DNA of 32,125 nt from a bacterium (GTDB taxonomy: Bacteria; Babelota; Babeliae; Babelales; GCA-2401785): NCBI GenBank assembly GCA_030629865.1, contig DAOVOC010000002.1, positions 1 through 32,125 on the forward strand, read 5' to 3'. The translations under genes and the position numbers were made by a program. Below the pieces are notes generated by a model, which saw nothing but the letters and a program-made list of their open reading frames with translations, ran no database searches and was not told the origin of the DNA. Position 1 is the first letter of the stretch. Each line of letters starts with the position of its first letter. This document shows, one piece after another, positions 23,548 through 32,125 of this stretch.

Positions 23548-26130
23548 ATGAATTCGATAGAGATTCGAAAAAAGTTTTTGCAATTTTTTAAAGATAACGG
23601 CCATGCAATAGTTCCCAGCTCTCCTCTTATCCCTGCAGATGATCCAACACTTTTGTTTGCAAACGCTGGTATGAATCAATTTAAAGATGCGTTTCTGGGC
23701 AAAGAAAAACGGGCCTACAAATGTGCCGCCAGCGTTCAAAAATGTGTACGTGCTGGTGGTAAACACAATGATCTTGATGAAGTTGGCTTTACCGATCGGC
23801 ATCTAACATTTTTTGAAATGTTGGGAAATTTCTCGTTCGGTGCTTATTTTAAAGAAGAGGCCATTGAATTTGCCTGGAATTTTTTGACCAAAGAGCTACA
23901 AATTGCTCCAGAGAAGCTTTCTGTGACCGTTCACACATCTGACGACGATACAGAGCAGATTTGGCACGAGAAAATTGGCCTGCCGATGGAAAAAATCGCT
24001 CGCTTAGGTGATGAAGACAATTTTTGGCAGATGGGTGACATTGGTCCTTGTGGGCCATGCAGCGAAATTTTTTACGATCGCGGTCCAGAATTTGAAGATG
24101 TAACTAAAGGCGGTAAAACTACTACGCGGTTTATAGAAATTTGGAACAATGTTTTTATGCAGTATAACCGTCAAGCAGATGGCACGCTATGTGAGCTTGA
24201 GCAAAAGGGTGTTGATACGGGTATGGGGCTTGAGCGACTTTGTATGGTGCTTGGCAGCTGTCATCTTTTTGAAATTGACCAATTTATTCCACTCATACAA
24301 TTTTTAGAAAAAAAGACGCATGTAAAATATGACGAATGTCAGGAGCATGAAAAAGCAGCGTTTAATGTTTTGTGTGACCATGTTCGCTCTGCATGCATGA
24401 TTATCGCTGACGGTGGTTATCCTTCCAATGACGGCCGTGGATATGTTTTGCGCAAAATCATTCGCCGTGCGGCACTGTTTGCTCAGCGGCTTTCTCAAGA
24501 AATGCCAAAACTTTTTTGTGACCTGGTTCCCGAATTTATTTCTCAGATGGGAGAAATTTATCCAGAGCTAAAAACAAGTGCTATTTTGATTACAGATACT
24601 ATTACGCAAGAGGTTGAAAGATTTGGTGACAATCTTGTTCGTGGTAGGCGCATTTTTAATTCGTACATTAGCGAAAATCGCAGAGTAGGCATCGACGAGC
24701 TTAGTGGCAAACAAGCTTTTAAACTATATGACACCTATGGCTTTCCGCTTGAACTGACAAAAGTTTTATCTTTTGACGAAAACGTTGGTGTTGATGCAGA
24801 AGGCTTTGAACTGGAAATGGCCAGGCAGCGATCGCAGTCTGTCGATGGTGGCGGTGAAGTAGAAGAGCTCGGCGTTCCAGATGATATTTGCACCCAATTT
24901 GTTGGCTACGATGTTTTGCATGGAAGCGGAGTCATTACATGGACCAAGCATATTGATGATGCATTGTGGGTTGTCGTTGATTCAACGCCATTTTACGCCG
25001 AATCTGGCGGGCAAGTTTCTGATACAGGAAAAGTGATTATCGATGACGATACCTTTGAAGTTTTAGAAGTAAAAAAAATACATGTTGGTATTGCTGGAGA
25101 TGCCATTCTGTTAAGGCTGCCAGAAAACGTGCAAATTAAAGTTGGCAAAACAATCAAGATGGTTGTTAATGAAAAAAGTCGTGTGAGCAGTGAAAAAAAC
25201 CATACTGCAACTCATCTATTGCAAGCAGCGCTGACGGCGGTTCTTGGCAACCAGATTAAACAAGCAGGCTCATTTGTAAGCCATAAATTTTTGCGATTTG
25301 ATTTTACCCACCACAAAGCACTATCTCATGACGAGATTCATACTGTTGAAACATTGGTTAATGAGTGGATAGGAAAAGCTGTTGTGACACGAATTTTTGA
25401 AACAACACTAGACAATGCGCGCGAAAAAGGTGCTATTTCCTTTTTTGGTGAAAAATATAATCCAGAAAATGTTCGCGTGGTCCAGGTGCCAACTATCTCG
25501 ACAGAACTTTGTGGTGGTACTCACGTTTCTAATATCGGAAAAATAGGTTGCTTCAAAATTGTTTCAGAAGATGCTTTGGGTGTAGGTGTTCGTCGTTTGA
25601 CTGCAGTCACTGGGCCGGAATCTGTCAAAATGTTCCAAGATCGGTTTGATAGCATTAAGGCATTGTGTTCAACATTTTCGGTGCAAGCTGACGGTGTTTT
25701 AAAAGCGGTTGAAAAAGAACAAGATCATATTCAAGTACTGCGGATGCAAATAAAACAATTTAAAAAAGAGGTTCTCAAATTTCAGATACCTCGTTGGAAA
25801 GAGGGAATGGAAGAGGTTGGTGGTACGCCATTTTTACATCTCGAGTTCGATGAGGTTGACATGGATGTTATGAGAATCATCTGTAATGATGTCACCGCTG
25901 CAAAACCAACCAGTTTTGTATTTATTGTTTCCAAAGAAAGTGGTAGCAAGATTCGTTTTATGGCGTGTGCCGGCAAGCAGTGTTCCAGGCTTAGTGCTTT
26001 AAATGAGCTTTCTGCAATATTGCGAGAGAAAGGCTTAAAGGGTGGAGGCAAAGGTGGCCTGATTCAAGGCGGTGGTAGATATGGGAGTAGCAAAGACATA
26101 ATTAGGCTTGTGTGCAAGTGGCTCGGATAG
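23548..26130 (+). CDS. alaS: Alanine--tRNA ligase
   Basis: ATG 23548 gives the canonical N-terminus MNSIEIRKKFLQFFKDNGHAIVPSSPLIPADDPTLLFANAGMNQFKD. It also has FSFGAYFK, the editing-domain motifs HTATHLLQAAL and CGGTHV, and C-terminal GGGKGGLIQGGG. The 24 upstream codons of the ORF-track call have no AlaRS counterpart. Confidence 0.95.
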   Translation: MNSIEIRKKFLQFFKDNGHAIVPSSPLIPADDPTLLFANAGMNQFKDAFLGKEKRAYKCAASVQKCVRAGGKHNDLDEVGFTDRHLTFFEMLGNFSFGAYFKEEAIEFAWNFLTKELQIAPEKLSVTVHTSDDDTEQIWHEKIGLPMEKIARLGDEDNFWQMGDIGPCGPCSEIFYDRGPEFEDVTKGGKTTTRFIEIWNNVFMQYNRQADGTLCELEQKGVDTGMGLERLCMVLGSCHLFEIDQFIPLIQFLEKKTHVKYDECQEHEKAAFNVLCDHVRSACMIIADGGYPSNDGRGYVLRKIIRRAALFAQRLSQEMPKLFCDLVPEFISQMGEIYPELKTSAILITDTITQEVERFGDNLVRGRRIFNSYISENRRVGIDELSGKQAFKLYDTYGFPLELTKVLSFDENVGVDAEGFELEMARQRSQSVDGGGEVEELGVPDDICTQFVGYDVLHGSGVITWTKHIDDALWVVVDSTPFYAESGGQVSDTGKVIIDDDTFEVLEVKKIHVGIAGDAILLRLPENVQIKVGKTIKMVVNEKSRVSSEKNHTATHLLQAALTAVLGNQIKQAGSFVSHKFLRFDFTHHKALSHDEIHTVETLVNEWIGKAVVTRIFETTLDNAREKGAISFFGEKYNPENVRVVQVPTISTELCGGTHVSNIGKIGCFKIVSEDALGVGVRRLTAVTGPESVKMFQDRFDSIKALCSTFSVQADGVLKAVEKEQDHIQVLRMQIKQFKKEVLKFQIPRWKEGMEEVGGTPFLHLEFDEVDMDVMRIICNDVTAAKPTSFVFIVSKESGSKIRFMACAGKQCSRLSALNELSAILREKGLKGGGKGGLIQGGGRYGSSKDIIRLVCKWLG

Positions 26131-26218
26131 CCACATTGAGCCTTCGGTTTCAAAAAAACGCTAAAAAACGTTATCATTACCAGTCATCATGATTAATCTT
26201 TAAACATATGGGGGGAGT

Positions 26219-27520
26219 ATGAAACGTAATGTAAGCTTGCTTAAAGCCTGTTTAATTGTTACCAACCTAATGGTCGGAGCTGGTGTTTTTATTAACATCA
26301 AGCCACTTACGGCGTACGCGGGTCCATGGGGATTTCTTGGATATCTAATTGGCGTTGTCATTTTTCTTCCCGTTATCATTAGTCTTTCTACACTTGCCTC
26401 AATCCATGCCGTTGCCGGAGGCCTTTTAGTCTATGGCAAAGAATATTTGCATTCGGCTGCTGGATTTTTGAGTGCTTGGTCGTATTTTGTTGGAAAATCA
26501 GTTTCTGCTGCTTTGCTTTCTTACGTTCTGATTGCTCCTCTTTATATGAATTGGCCAGCTGTTCACTTTGTTCCACAATGGGTTTGGACTTATGGATTTA
26601 TGGTCTTTATCGTGCTTTTAAATATCGTTGGAGTTCGTCTTGGTGGACATATCCAGTGGTTATTTACCGCGATAAAAATTGTTCCGTTTGTTGCCGTTAT
26701 CAGTGCTGGTGCTATGCGTGGTGGTTGGGCTGCTGGTGGACTTTGGAGCATGAGCTACACTCCTGATATTATTAGCATTGTGCCAATTGCTCTTTTTGCC
26801 CTTTCTGGCTTTGAAGTTATTTGTAGCATTGGACACATGATAAAAAATCCAGAGCGCAACGCTCGTATTGCTTCTATAGGAACTGCATTGGTCGTTGCGG
26901 CGGTTTATGGCCTTTTTCAGTTTTGCACTTATGTTTTGGCTGGAGATGGTCTTGCAATGGCAATCAAACCACTCGAATATATTGCTGCTCACTTGCCTAA
27001 TGGTATCGGAAACATAATCGATGATTTTATGTTGGCGTCAGTTTTTTCCGGAGCGTTTAGCATCATTACTAATAATTGTTGGAATTTGTATGCGCTTGCA
27101 AAAGAAGATTATTTTCCAGGTTCAAAATTTCTTACAAGACTTACTGGTACAGGTGTTCCGTGGCTTGCTTCGTTTGTTCAGGTTGCCGTTGCTTGTGTTA
27201 TTTTGAGTATTTCTGTTGACCAAATTTCGCTGCAAAACATGTCGGTATTCGCCATGGTTCTTGCATTCTGGATTAGTACGATAGCTGCATTTGTAGCATT
27301 TTGGAAAAACCCTAAAATTTCTTGGATTATTCCAGCTATTGGGATTGTTACTTGTGCATACATTTTATTTTTGTGTTTTCAGAGGCTGATTGAATTTGGA
27401 GTTTCGATTTCATTTTTGTCTGTTTATTTATTTGGAGTTGTCGTCGCGCTTGCAAAATATCTTTGGGATAAGAAGAATAACTCAAAAAATGTTCTACCAT
27501 CTCCATTAAATAATAATTAA
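26219..27520 (+). CDS. APC-superfamily amino acid/polyamine permease (substrate unknown)
   Basis: ATG follows GGGGGAG. The 433-aa protein is almost entirely hydrophobic, with about 12 predicted TM segments. The N-terminal LLKACLIVTNLMVGAGVF motif is typical of APC transporters. Confidence 0.8.
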   Translation: MKRNVSLLKACLIVTNLMVGAGVFINIKPLTAYAGPWGFLGYLIGVVIFLPVIISLSTLASIHAVAGGLLVYGKEYLHSAAGFLSAWSYFVGKSVSAALLSYVLIAPLYMNWPAVHFVPQWVWTYGFMVFIVLLNIVGVRLGGHIQWLFTAIKIVPFVAVISAGAMRGGWAAGGLWSMSYTPDIISIVPIALFALSGFEVICSIGHMIKNPERNARIASIGTALVVAAVYGLFQFCTYVLAGDGLAMAIKPLEYIAAHLPNGIGNIIDDFMLASVFSGAFSIITNNCWNLYALAKEDYFPGSKFLTRLTGTGVPWLASFVQVAVACVILSISVDQISLQNMSVFAMVLAFWISTIAAFVAFWKNPKISWIIPAIGIVTCAYILFLCFQRLIEFGVSISFLSVYLFGVVVALAKYLWDKKNNSKNVLPSPLNNN

Positions 27521-27680
27521 AAATTCTATTTATCTCGAATAACTTTGTTTCAGGTTTAATCTGGTAAGCTCGAATCCATTTTCCCGTCAGCACCGCAAAC
27601 AATTTGGTCAGGAGTAGGTGCCAAAGATTGTGTTTTTTCATCAGATTTATTAAAGAAAATAAACAAAAGGAGAATGGGTG

Positions 27681-28699
27681 AATTGAAATCCCAAGTGCGA
27701 CAAAAACCTATCCGATAACGACTCCAGTTTCTTCAAAAAACACTTGCGCAGGCGTCTTAAATTCAAGAGATTTTCGAGGTCTGCTATTTAGCTTACTCAT
27801 AATGGTAAAAATGTCGTTATCAGTTATGAATTCGAAGCTACTTCCCTTTGGAACATATTGCCTGCAAAGACCATTGGTGTTTTCATTCAAACCGCGCTGC
27901 CATGGGGAATAAGGGTCTGCAAACTAAAATTTTATACCGAGTTTTTTGGCAACCTGCTTGTGATATGCAAATTCTGTTCCGTTGTCACTTGTGATTGTAT
28001 GGACATATTGTTTGATTTTGTTTAAAAAAAGCACTAGTGCATCAGCAACATTTTGGGCAGTATTGCGCAGGACTTTTGCTAAAAACGTTAGTTTGCTTTT
28101 ACGATCCACGATGCTAACAATAGCACCGTTATGGTTTTTGCCGATAATTGTGTCGACTTCAAAATCACCAACTCTGCATTTGCGGTTTACTGCTTCTGGA
28201 CGCTTATCTGTCAAAATCCTGTCTTTGATAATTACGCGTTTGCAGGCCTTGCCAAATATATGAGTAGATGGTTTTAGGACTAATTTGTGTAATATTTTCT
28301 CGTTTAAGGTAGCCGCTGATTTGTTCAGGACTCCACTGATCGTTAGTAAGTTTTTTCTTGATAAATGATAAGAGCTCATGGCTGAGTTTGTATGGGAACG
28401 CTCGTGTAGCACGTCTTCGCAATGCCATTAGATTGGCCTGCTTATGGCGATAACCGCGCTTTCCGCGATTGCGTTTCAGTTCCCTGTAAACGGTTGATTT
28501 GTGGATTTTTAGGGCTCTAGAAATATATGGCACTGAATGGTTTGCTTGTAAAAGTGTTTTAATCTGACATCTTTGATCATATGTGAGCTGTTTATAAGCC
28601 ATACTGTGCAACTCCTTTTTGTGGAAAATGGATGAGCTGCACAAAGCCTATAGGCAGCTCTCTTTTTTTCCACAAAATGTCGCACTTAGAATTTCAATT
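27681..28699 (-). mobile_element. IS30-family insertion sequence (1019 bp) carrying an inactivated transposase
   Basis: Terminal inverted repeats AATTGAAATCCCAAGTGCGACA (27681-27702) and TGTCGCACTTAGAATTTCAATT (28678-28699) match at 20 of 22 positions. They flank IS30-type transposase coding fragments. No clear target-site duplication was seen. Confidence 0.8.
27708..28602 (-). pseudogene. IS30-family transposase, disrupted by one frameshift (about 28230-28260) and one in-frame TAG (27924-27926)
   Basis: ATG 28602 is preceded by AAGGAG. The N-terminal HTH part reads MAYKQLTYDQRCQIKTLLQANHSVPYISRALKIHKSTVYRELKRN..WSPEQISGYL..TIYSYIW. The DDE core continues in another frame (DKRPEAVNRKCRVGDFEVDTIIGK...TSDNGTEFAYH). 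After KLGIKF-TAG the same frame continues FADPYSPWQRGLNENTNGLCRQYVPKG, a typical IS30 C-terminus. Confidence 0.8.
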
Positions 28700-28994
28700 T
28701 AAGATTTGTATAAATGGACAGATACGAATTTAGGTAAGGGGATTCTTGAAGCTAGAAAAATACAAATCCCACCCTATAAATCTATTGTGTATAAATCCAA
28801 AAAAGATTTTAAGAAAAAGAAGCCTATAAAAAGAAAAAAGTGAATCATTAGTGGCAAAAGAGTGAACCCAAATGCATTGTGTTTATTGTTCTAAGTGTTC
28901 AAAAGCACAGTACAAAAGATATAGCGTGTCAGCCTATGCTAAAATGCTAACATAACTAAATATCGTTACAAATAGTTAGCGTAGTGAGTGTGCC

Positions 28995-30869
28995 ATGGAG
29001 AAAATAGAAACTTTAAAATACCGTGCAGCGCAGTTAAGAATTGATTCAATCATGGCAACAACTGCAGCTGGTTCTGGACATCCAACATCGTGTCTTTCTG
29101 CTGCAGACATTGTTGCAGCGCTTTTTTTCGATGTCATGAATTTTGATCCGCAAAAATATTATGAACCAGAAACCGATCGGTTCATCCTTTCTAAGGGCCA
29201 TGCGGCGCCACTTTTGTATTCAGTTTTTAAACAGCTAGGTGTTGTTGTTGACCAGGAACTTCTAAAATTGCGTGATTTTGATTCTCCGCTCGAAGGGCAT
29301 CCTACCTCTCGCTGCCCACTTGTAGAAGTTGCAACCGGTTCGCTTGGGCAAGGTTTAGCTGCTGGTGTTGGAATGGCATTAAGTGCAAAAAGACGCAAGC
29401 AGCCTTTTAATACTTACGTTTTACTTGGAGACGGTGAACTTGCAGAAGGATCAAATTGGGAAGCGGCAGGGCTAGCTGCGCAATATAACTTAGATAATTT
29501 GATTGGCATTGCTGACTGCAACAGGCTTGGTCAAACAGGAGGCGTTGCTTTTGACCACGATGTAGAAAAAGTTGCTGCAAAATTTGAAGCGTTTGGTTGG
29601 AAGATACACTGTGTCGATGGACATAACTTGCAGGAACTGTGCAATGTTTTGCGCCAAGCAAAAAACAATAGCCAAAAACCGTCGATGATTATTGCAAAAA
29701 CATTTAAAGGCAAAGGTGCTTCTTCTATTGAAGATAAAAACGGTTATCATGGAAAAGCGCTTAGCCAAGAAGATGCGCAAAAGACTATCGAAGAAATTAA
29801 GGCTACGATTACAAATTTTGATGGTTATAAAAAAAGCATTCCGATGCCTTTAAATGTTACAATTCCGGCAAAACCTGAACAAAAATTGGATATATCTATT
29901 TGTATTGACCAAAGCCCTGATTTTGTTGAACTAGAGAAAGAAATGGCAACGCGTAAGGCGTTTGGAATTGCGCTACGAGACCTTGGCCATGAGTGTAAAG
30001 ATGTTGTTGTTCTGGATGGCGATGTTGGTAATTCAACTTTTACTCAAATATTTGCTGAAGAGTTTCCCGATCGCTTTACTCAGTGCTTTATTGCAGAGCA
30101 AGCCATGGTTGGCATCGCAACTGGCATGTCAACGCGTGGTGATATTCCTTTTGCAGCATCGTTTGGAGCGTTTTTAACTAGGGCACACGACCAAATTCGT
30201 ATGGCCGGAGTTGGTAGGAATGTGCTAAGGCTTTGTGGCTCTCATTCTGGCGTTTCTATAGGGTTTGACGGTCCTTCGCAAATGGGGCTTGAAGATTTGG
30301 CAATGATGCGCTCAGTTCCAAATTCTGTTGTTTTATATCCAAGTGATGCTGTTTGTGCATACAAGCTTGTGGAAAAAATGGTGAATTATCACGATGGTAT
30401 TTCTTACATGCGTACAACGCGAGCTACAACACCTGTTTTGTATAAAGCGTTAGAAGAGTTTGAAATTGGGCATTTTAAATTGTTGCGCAGGTCAGACTCA
30501 GATAGGCTCGTTATTATTTCTGCAGGTATAACTTTGCATGAATCGCTTAAAGCCTATGAAATGCTGAAAAAAACGAATGTTGATGTTGCTGTTATTGATT
30601 TATATTCAATAAAGCCAATTAATAAAGAAGCGCTCATCGAAGTTGTCAAAGCGTGTGACCGTAAAGTTTTGACAGTCGAAGACCATTATGCAGAAGGTGG
30701 TTTGTCAGAAGCGGTTCGATCAGCTTTAGCTGGCCAAGAGGTTCAAGTTGTTAGTAAGGCAGTCGAAAAATTACCACGATCTGGTAGCCCAGAAGCGTTG
30801 ATGAAGTATGCTTGTATAGATTCTGATTCAATTTGTGACCATGTACGCAAGATACTTAATCTTGAATAA
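28995..30869 (+). CDS. tkt: Transketolase, single-chain short (animal-like, ~620 aa) type
   Basis: ATTAAGSGHPTSCLSAADIVAALFF, LSKGHAAPLLY, ATGSLGQGL, the ThDP-binding GDGELAEGSNWEA and DCNRLGQTG. The C-terminal pyrimidine-binding and transketolase C domains lie in the same polypeptide (624 aa). Confidence 0.9.
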   Translation: MEKIETLKYRAAQLRIDSIMATTAAGSGHPTSCLSAADIVAALFFDVMNFDPQKYYEPETDRFILSKGHAAPLLYSVFKQLGVVVDQELLKLRDFDSPLEGHPTSRCPLVEVATGSLGQGLAAGVGMALSAKRRKQPFNTYVLLGDGELAEGSNWEAAGLAAQYNLDNLIGIADCNRLGQTGGVAFDHDVEKVAAKFEAFGWKIHCVDGHNLQELCNVLRQAKNNSQKPSMIIAKTFKGKGASSIEDKNGYHGKALSQEDAQKTIEEIKATITNFDGYKKSIPMPLNVTIPAKPEQKLDISICIDQSPDFVELEKEMATRKAFGIALRDLGHECKDVVVLDGDVGNSTFTQIFAEEFPDRFTQCFIAEQAMVGIATGMSTRGDIPFAASFGAFLTRAHDQIRMAGVGRNVLRLCGSHSGVSIGFDGPSQMGLEDLAMMRSVPNSVVLYPSDAVCAYKLVEKMVNYHDGISYMRTTRATTPVLYKALEEFEIGHFKLLRRSDSDRLVIISAGITLHESLKAYEMLKKTNVDVAVIDLYSIKPINKEALIEVVKACDRKVLTVEDHYAEGGLSEAVRSALAGQEVQVVSKAVEKLPRSGSPEALMKYACIDSDSICDHVRKILNLE

Positions 30870-30880
30870 AAGGGTTTTTA

Positions 30881-32122
30881 ATGAAAATTTCAAGAATCCG
30901 TGGAACGGAAGACAAAATTGATTTAACATTCAAAAATTTTATTTGCGAAAAAGTGCGCACTTTACTTTCAAATTACAATTTTTCAGAAATCGAGACACCG
31001 ATAATAGAACCAGAAGAACTAATTTGCCGCTCTTTAGGTCAAGAAACTGACGTTGTTACAAAAGAAATGTTTCGTGTAACGGCCACCGGGAACGAAAAAA
31101 TGTGTCTGCGGCCAGAAGCAACTGCTTCAACTACGCGGGCGTATCTTGAAAATAAAATTGAAGAAAAGCCCTGGAATGTGTTTTCGATCGGCCCAATGTT
31201 TCGGCATGAACGCCCTCAAAAAGGTCGTTGGAGGCAGTTTGACCAAATTAATATAGAAACTATTAATGCTAGATCGATAGGGCATGATGCTCAGTTTTTA
31301 GCAATGTTGGAACGATTGTTTTCAGAAATGTTCAAACTTTCTGACTATGTTTTAGCAATCAACTTTTTGGGAACACTCGAAGAACGCAGAGCTTATCGTG
31401 AAAATCTAAAAATATTTCTTGAAAAGCACAAAGAAATTATTTGTGAAACATGCTTGGTGCGTAAAGATAAAAATCCGCTTCGGGTACTTGATTGCAAATC
31501 TCCAATTTGCCAAAAGATTTATGAAAATGCTCCGGTTTTGACAGATCAGCTGGGCGCAGAATCCCAAAAACAATGGGATACATTCAAAGAATATCTGAAA
31601 ATTCTTTCCATAAGCTTTATCGAAGATCCAAAGCTTGTTCGTGGGCTTGATTATTACGAAGGCGTTGTGTTCGAATTTTCGTCACCGCATCTTGGAGCTC
31701 AAAGTTCTTTTGCAGGTGGTGGGCGGTATGAGCTTGCGACCGTTTTTGAGGCAAAAGAGCCTGTTCCGTCATTGGGAGTTGGTATTGGATTTGGCCGTCT
31801 GAGAATGTTGATTGAACAGAATGCAAAACTTCTTTCTATCCCACAAAAGCCTGCTTTAAATCTTATTATTCCGATGACAGAAGAGCAGCAACCAGTTGCA
31901 TTGTTGCTTGCCGAATCGCTTAGGCACCATGGCAAATGTGTGCAGATTCTCTTTGACTACAGTAAGCTGCAAAAGATGATGAAAAAGGCAAATAAAATGG
32001 GTGCTAAGCATGTTCTCATTATAGGCGAAGATGAGCAGGCTTTTGGAAATGTTACTGTTAAAGACATGGTGAGCGGTGCAAATCAAACTGTTGCGCAAAG
32101 TGAAGCATTTAAGGTTTTGTAA
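30881..32122 (+). CDS. hisS: Histidine--tRNA ligase
   Basis: ATG lies 11 nt after the tkt stop, with AAAGGG upstream. RGTED near the N-terminus, motif 2 region MFRHERPQKGRWRQFDQINIE, GGGRYE and motif 3 GVGIGFGRL, plus a C-terminal anticodon-binding domain (KMGAKHVLIIGEDE). Stop TAA 32120-32122. Confidence 0.93.
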   Translation: MKISRIRGTEDKIDLTFKNFICEKVRTLLSNYNFSEIETPIIEPEELICRSLGQETDVVTKEMFRVTATGNEKMCLRPEATASTTRAYLENKIEEKPWNVFSIGPMFRHERPQKGRWRQFDQINIETINARSIGHDAQFLAMLERLFSEMFKLSDYVLAINFLGTLEERRAYRENLKIFLEKHKEIICETCLVRKDKNPLRVLDCKSPICQKIYENAPVLTDQLGAESQKQWDTFKEYLKILSISFIEDPKLVRGLDYYEGVVFEFSSPHLGAQSSFAGGGRYELATVFEAKEPVPSLGVGIGFGRLRMLIEQNAKLLSIPQKPALNLIIPMTEEQQPVALLLAESLRHHGKCVQILFDYSKLQKMMKKANKMGAKHVLIIGEDEQAFGNVTVKDMVSGANQTVAQSEAFKVL

Positions 32123-32125
32123 TAA

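Noticed and set aside
27555-27600. tRNA-like fragment (..GGTAAGCTCGAATCCATTTTCCCGTCAGCACC..) next to the IS30 element, considered as a tRNA or tmRNA 3' remnant or integration site.
   Set aside because: Only CTCGAATCC resembles a T-loop. The flanking bases cannot form a T-stem or an acceptor stem, and there is no CCA or anticodon arm. It is probably a chance match in an AT-rich spacer.
1-32125. A search by eye for CRISPR arrays, tRNA and rRNA genes, toxin-antitoxin pairs or known defence-system genes.
   Set aside because: I found no regularly spaced direct repeats, cloverleaf-compatible sequences, rRNA-like segments or small paired ORFs with recognisable toxin/antitoxin motifs. A tRNAscan/Infernal run would be needed to exclude small RNAs formally.

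Overview
32.1 kb from an AT-rich (roughly 35-42% GC by eye) bacterial chromosome with the standard genetic code and Shine-Dalgarno-type RBSs. The left ~23 kb looks like an accessory island that encodes only exported or membrane-anchored proteins. (i) Three tandem same-strand giant paralogues, the first cut by the window edge and the complete ones about 1591 and 1638 aa. They are built from MIR-type beta-trefoil repeats and one to three copies of a FAMeT-like (Methyltransf_FA-like) module; both domain families are best known from eukaryotes. (ii) A convergent membrane-anchored AAA+ ATPase whose coiled-coil/TM/AAA layout and motifs resemble eukaryotic mitochondrial ATAD3. (iii) Two tandem paralogues with signal peptides and a conserved 2-TM C-terminus. 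(iv) Three tightly packed genes sharing the layout signal peptide, acidic region, Gly/Ala-rich glycine-zipper TM, long Lys/Glu-rich tail; the last ends in a Met/Gly-rich tail. The island ends at a cluster of short palindromic REP-like repeats. The right ~9 kb is housekeeping: alaS, an APC-family permease, a decayed IS30-family element with recognisable inverted repeats, an animal-type single-chain transketolase and hisS. I saw no tRNA, rRNA or CRISPR array. The eukaryote-like domain content suggests a host-associated (protist/amoeba-associated) bacterium, but the window alone cannot establish taxonomy. All domain calls rest on motif recognition by eye and from memory and need profile searches to confirm.
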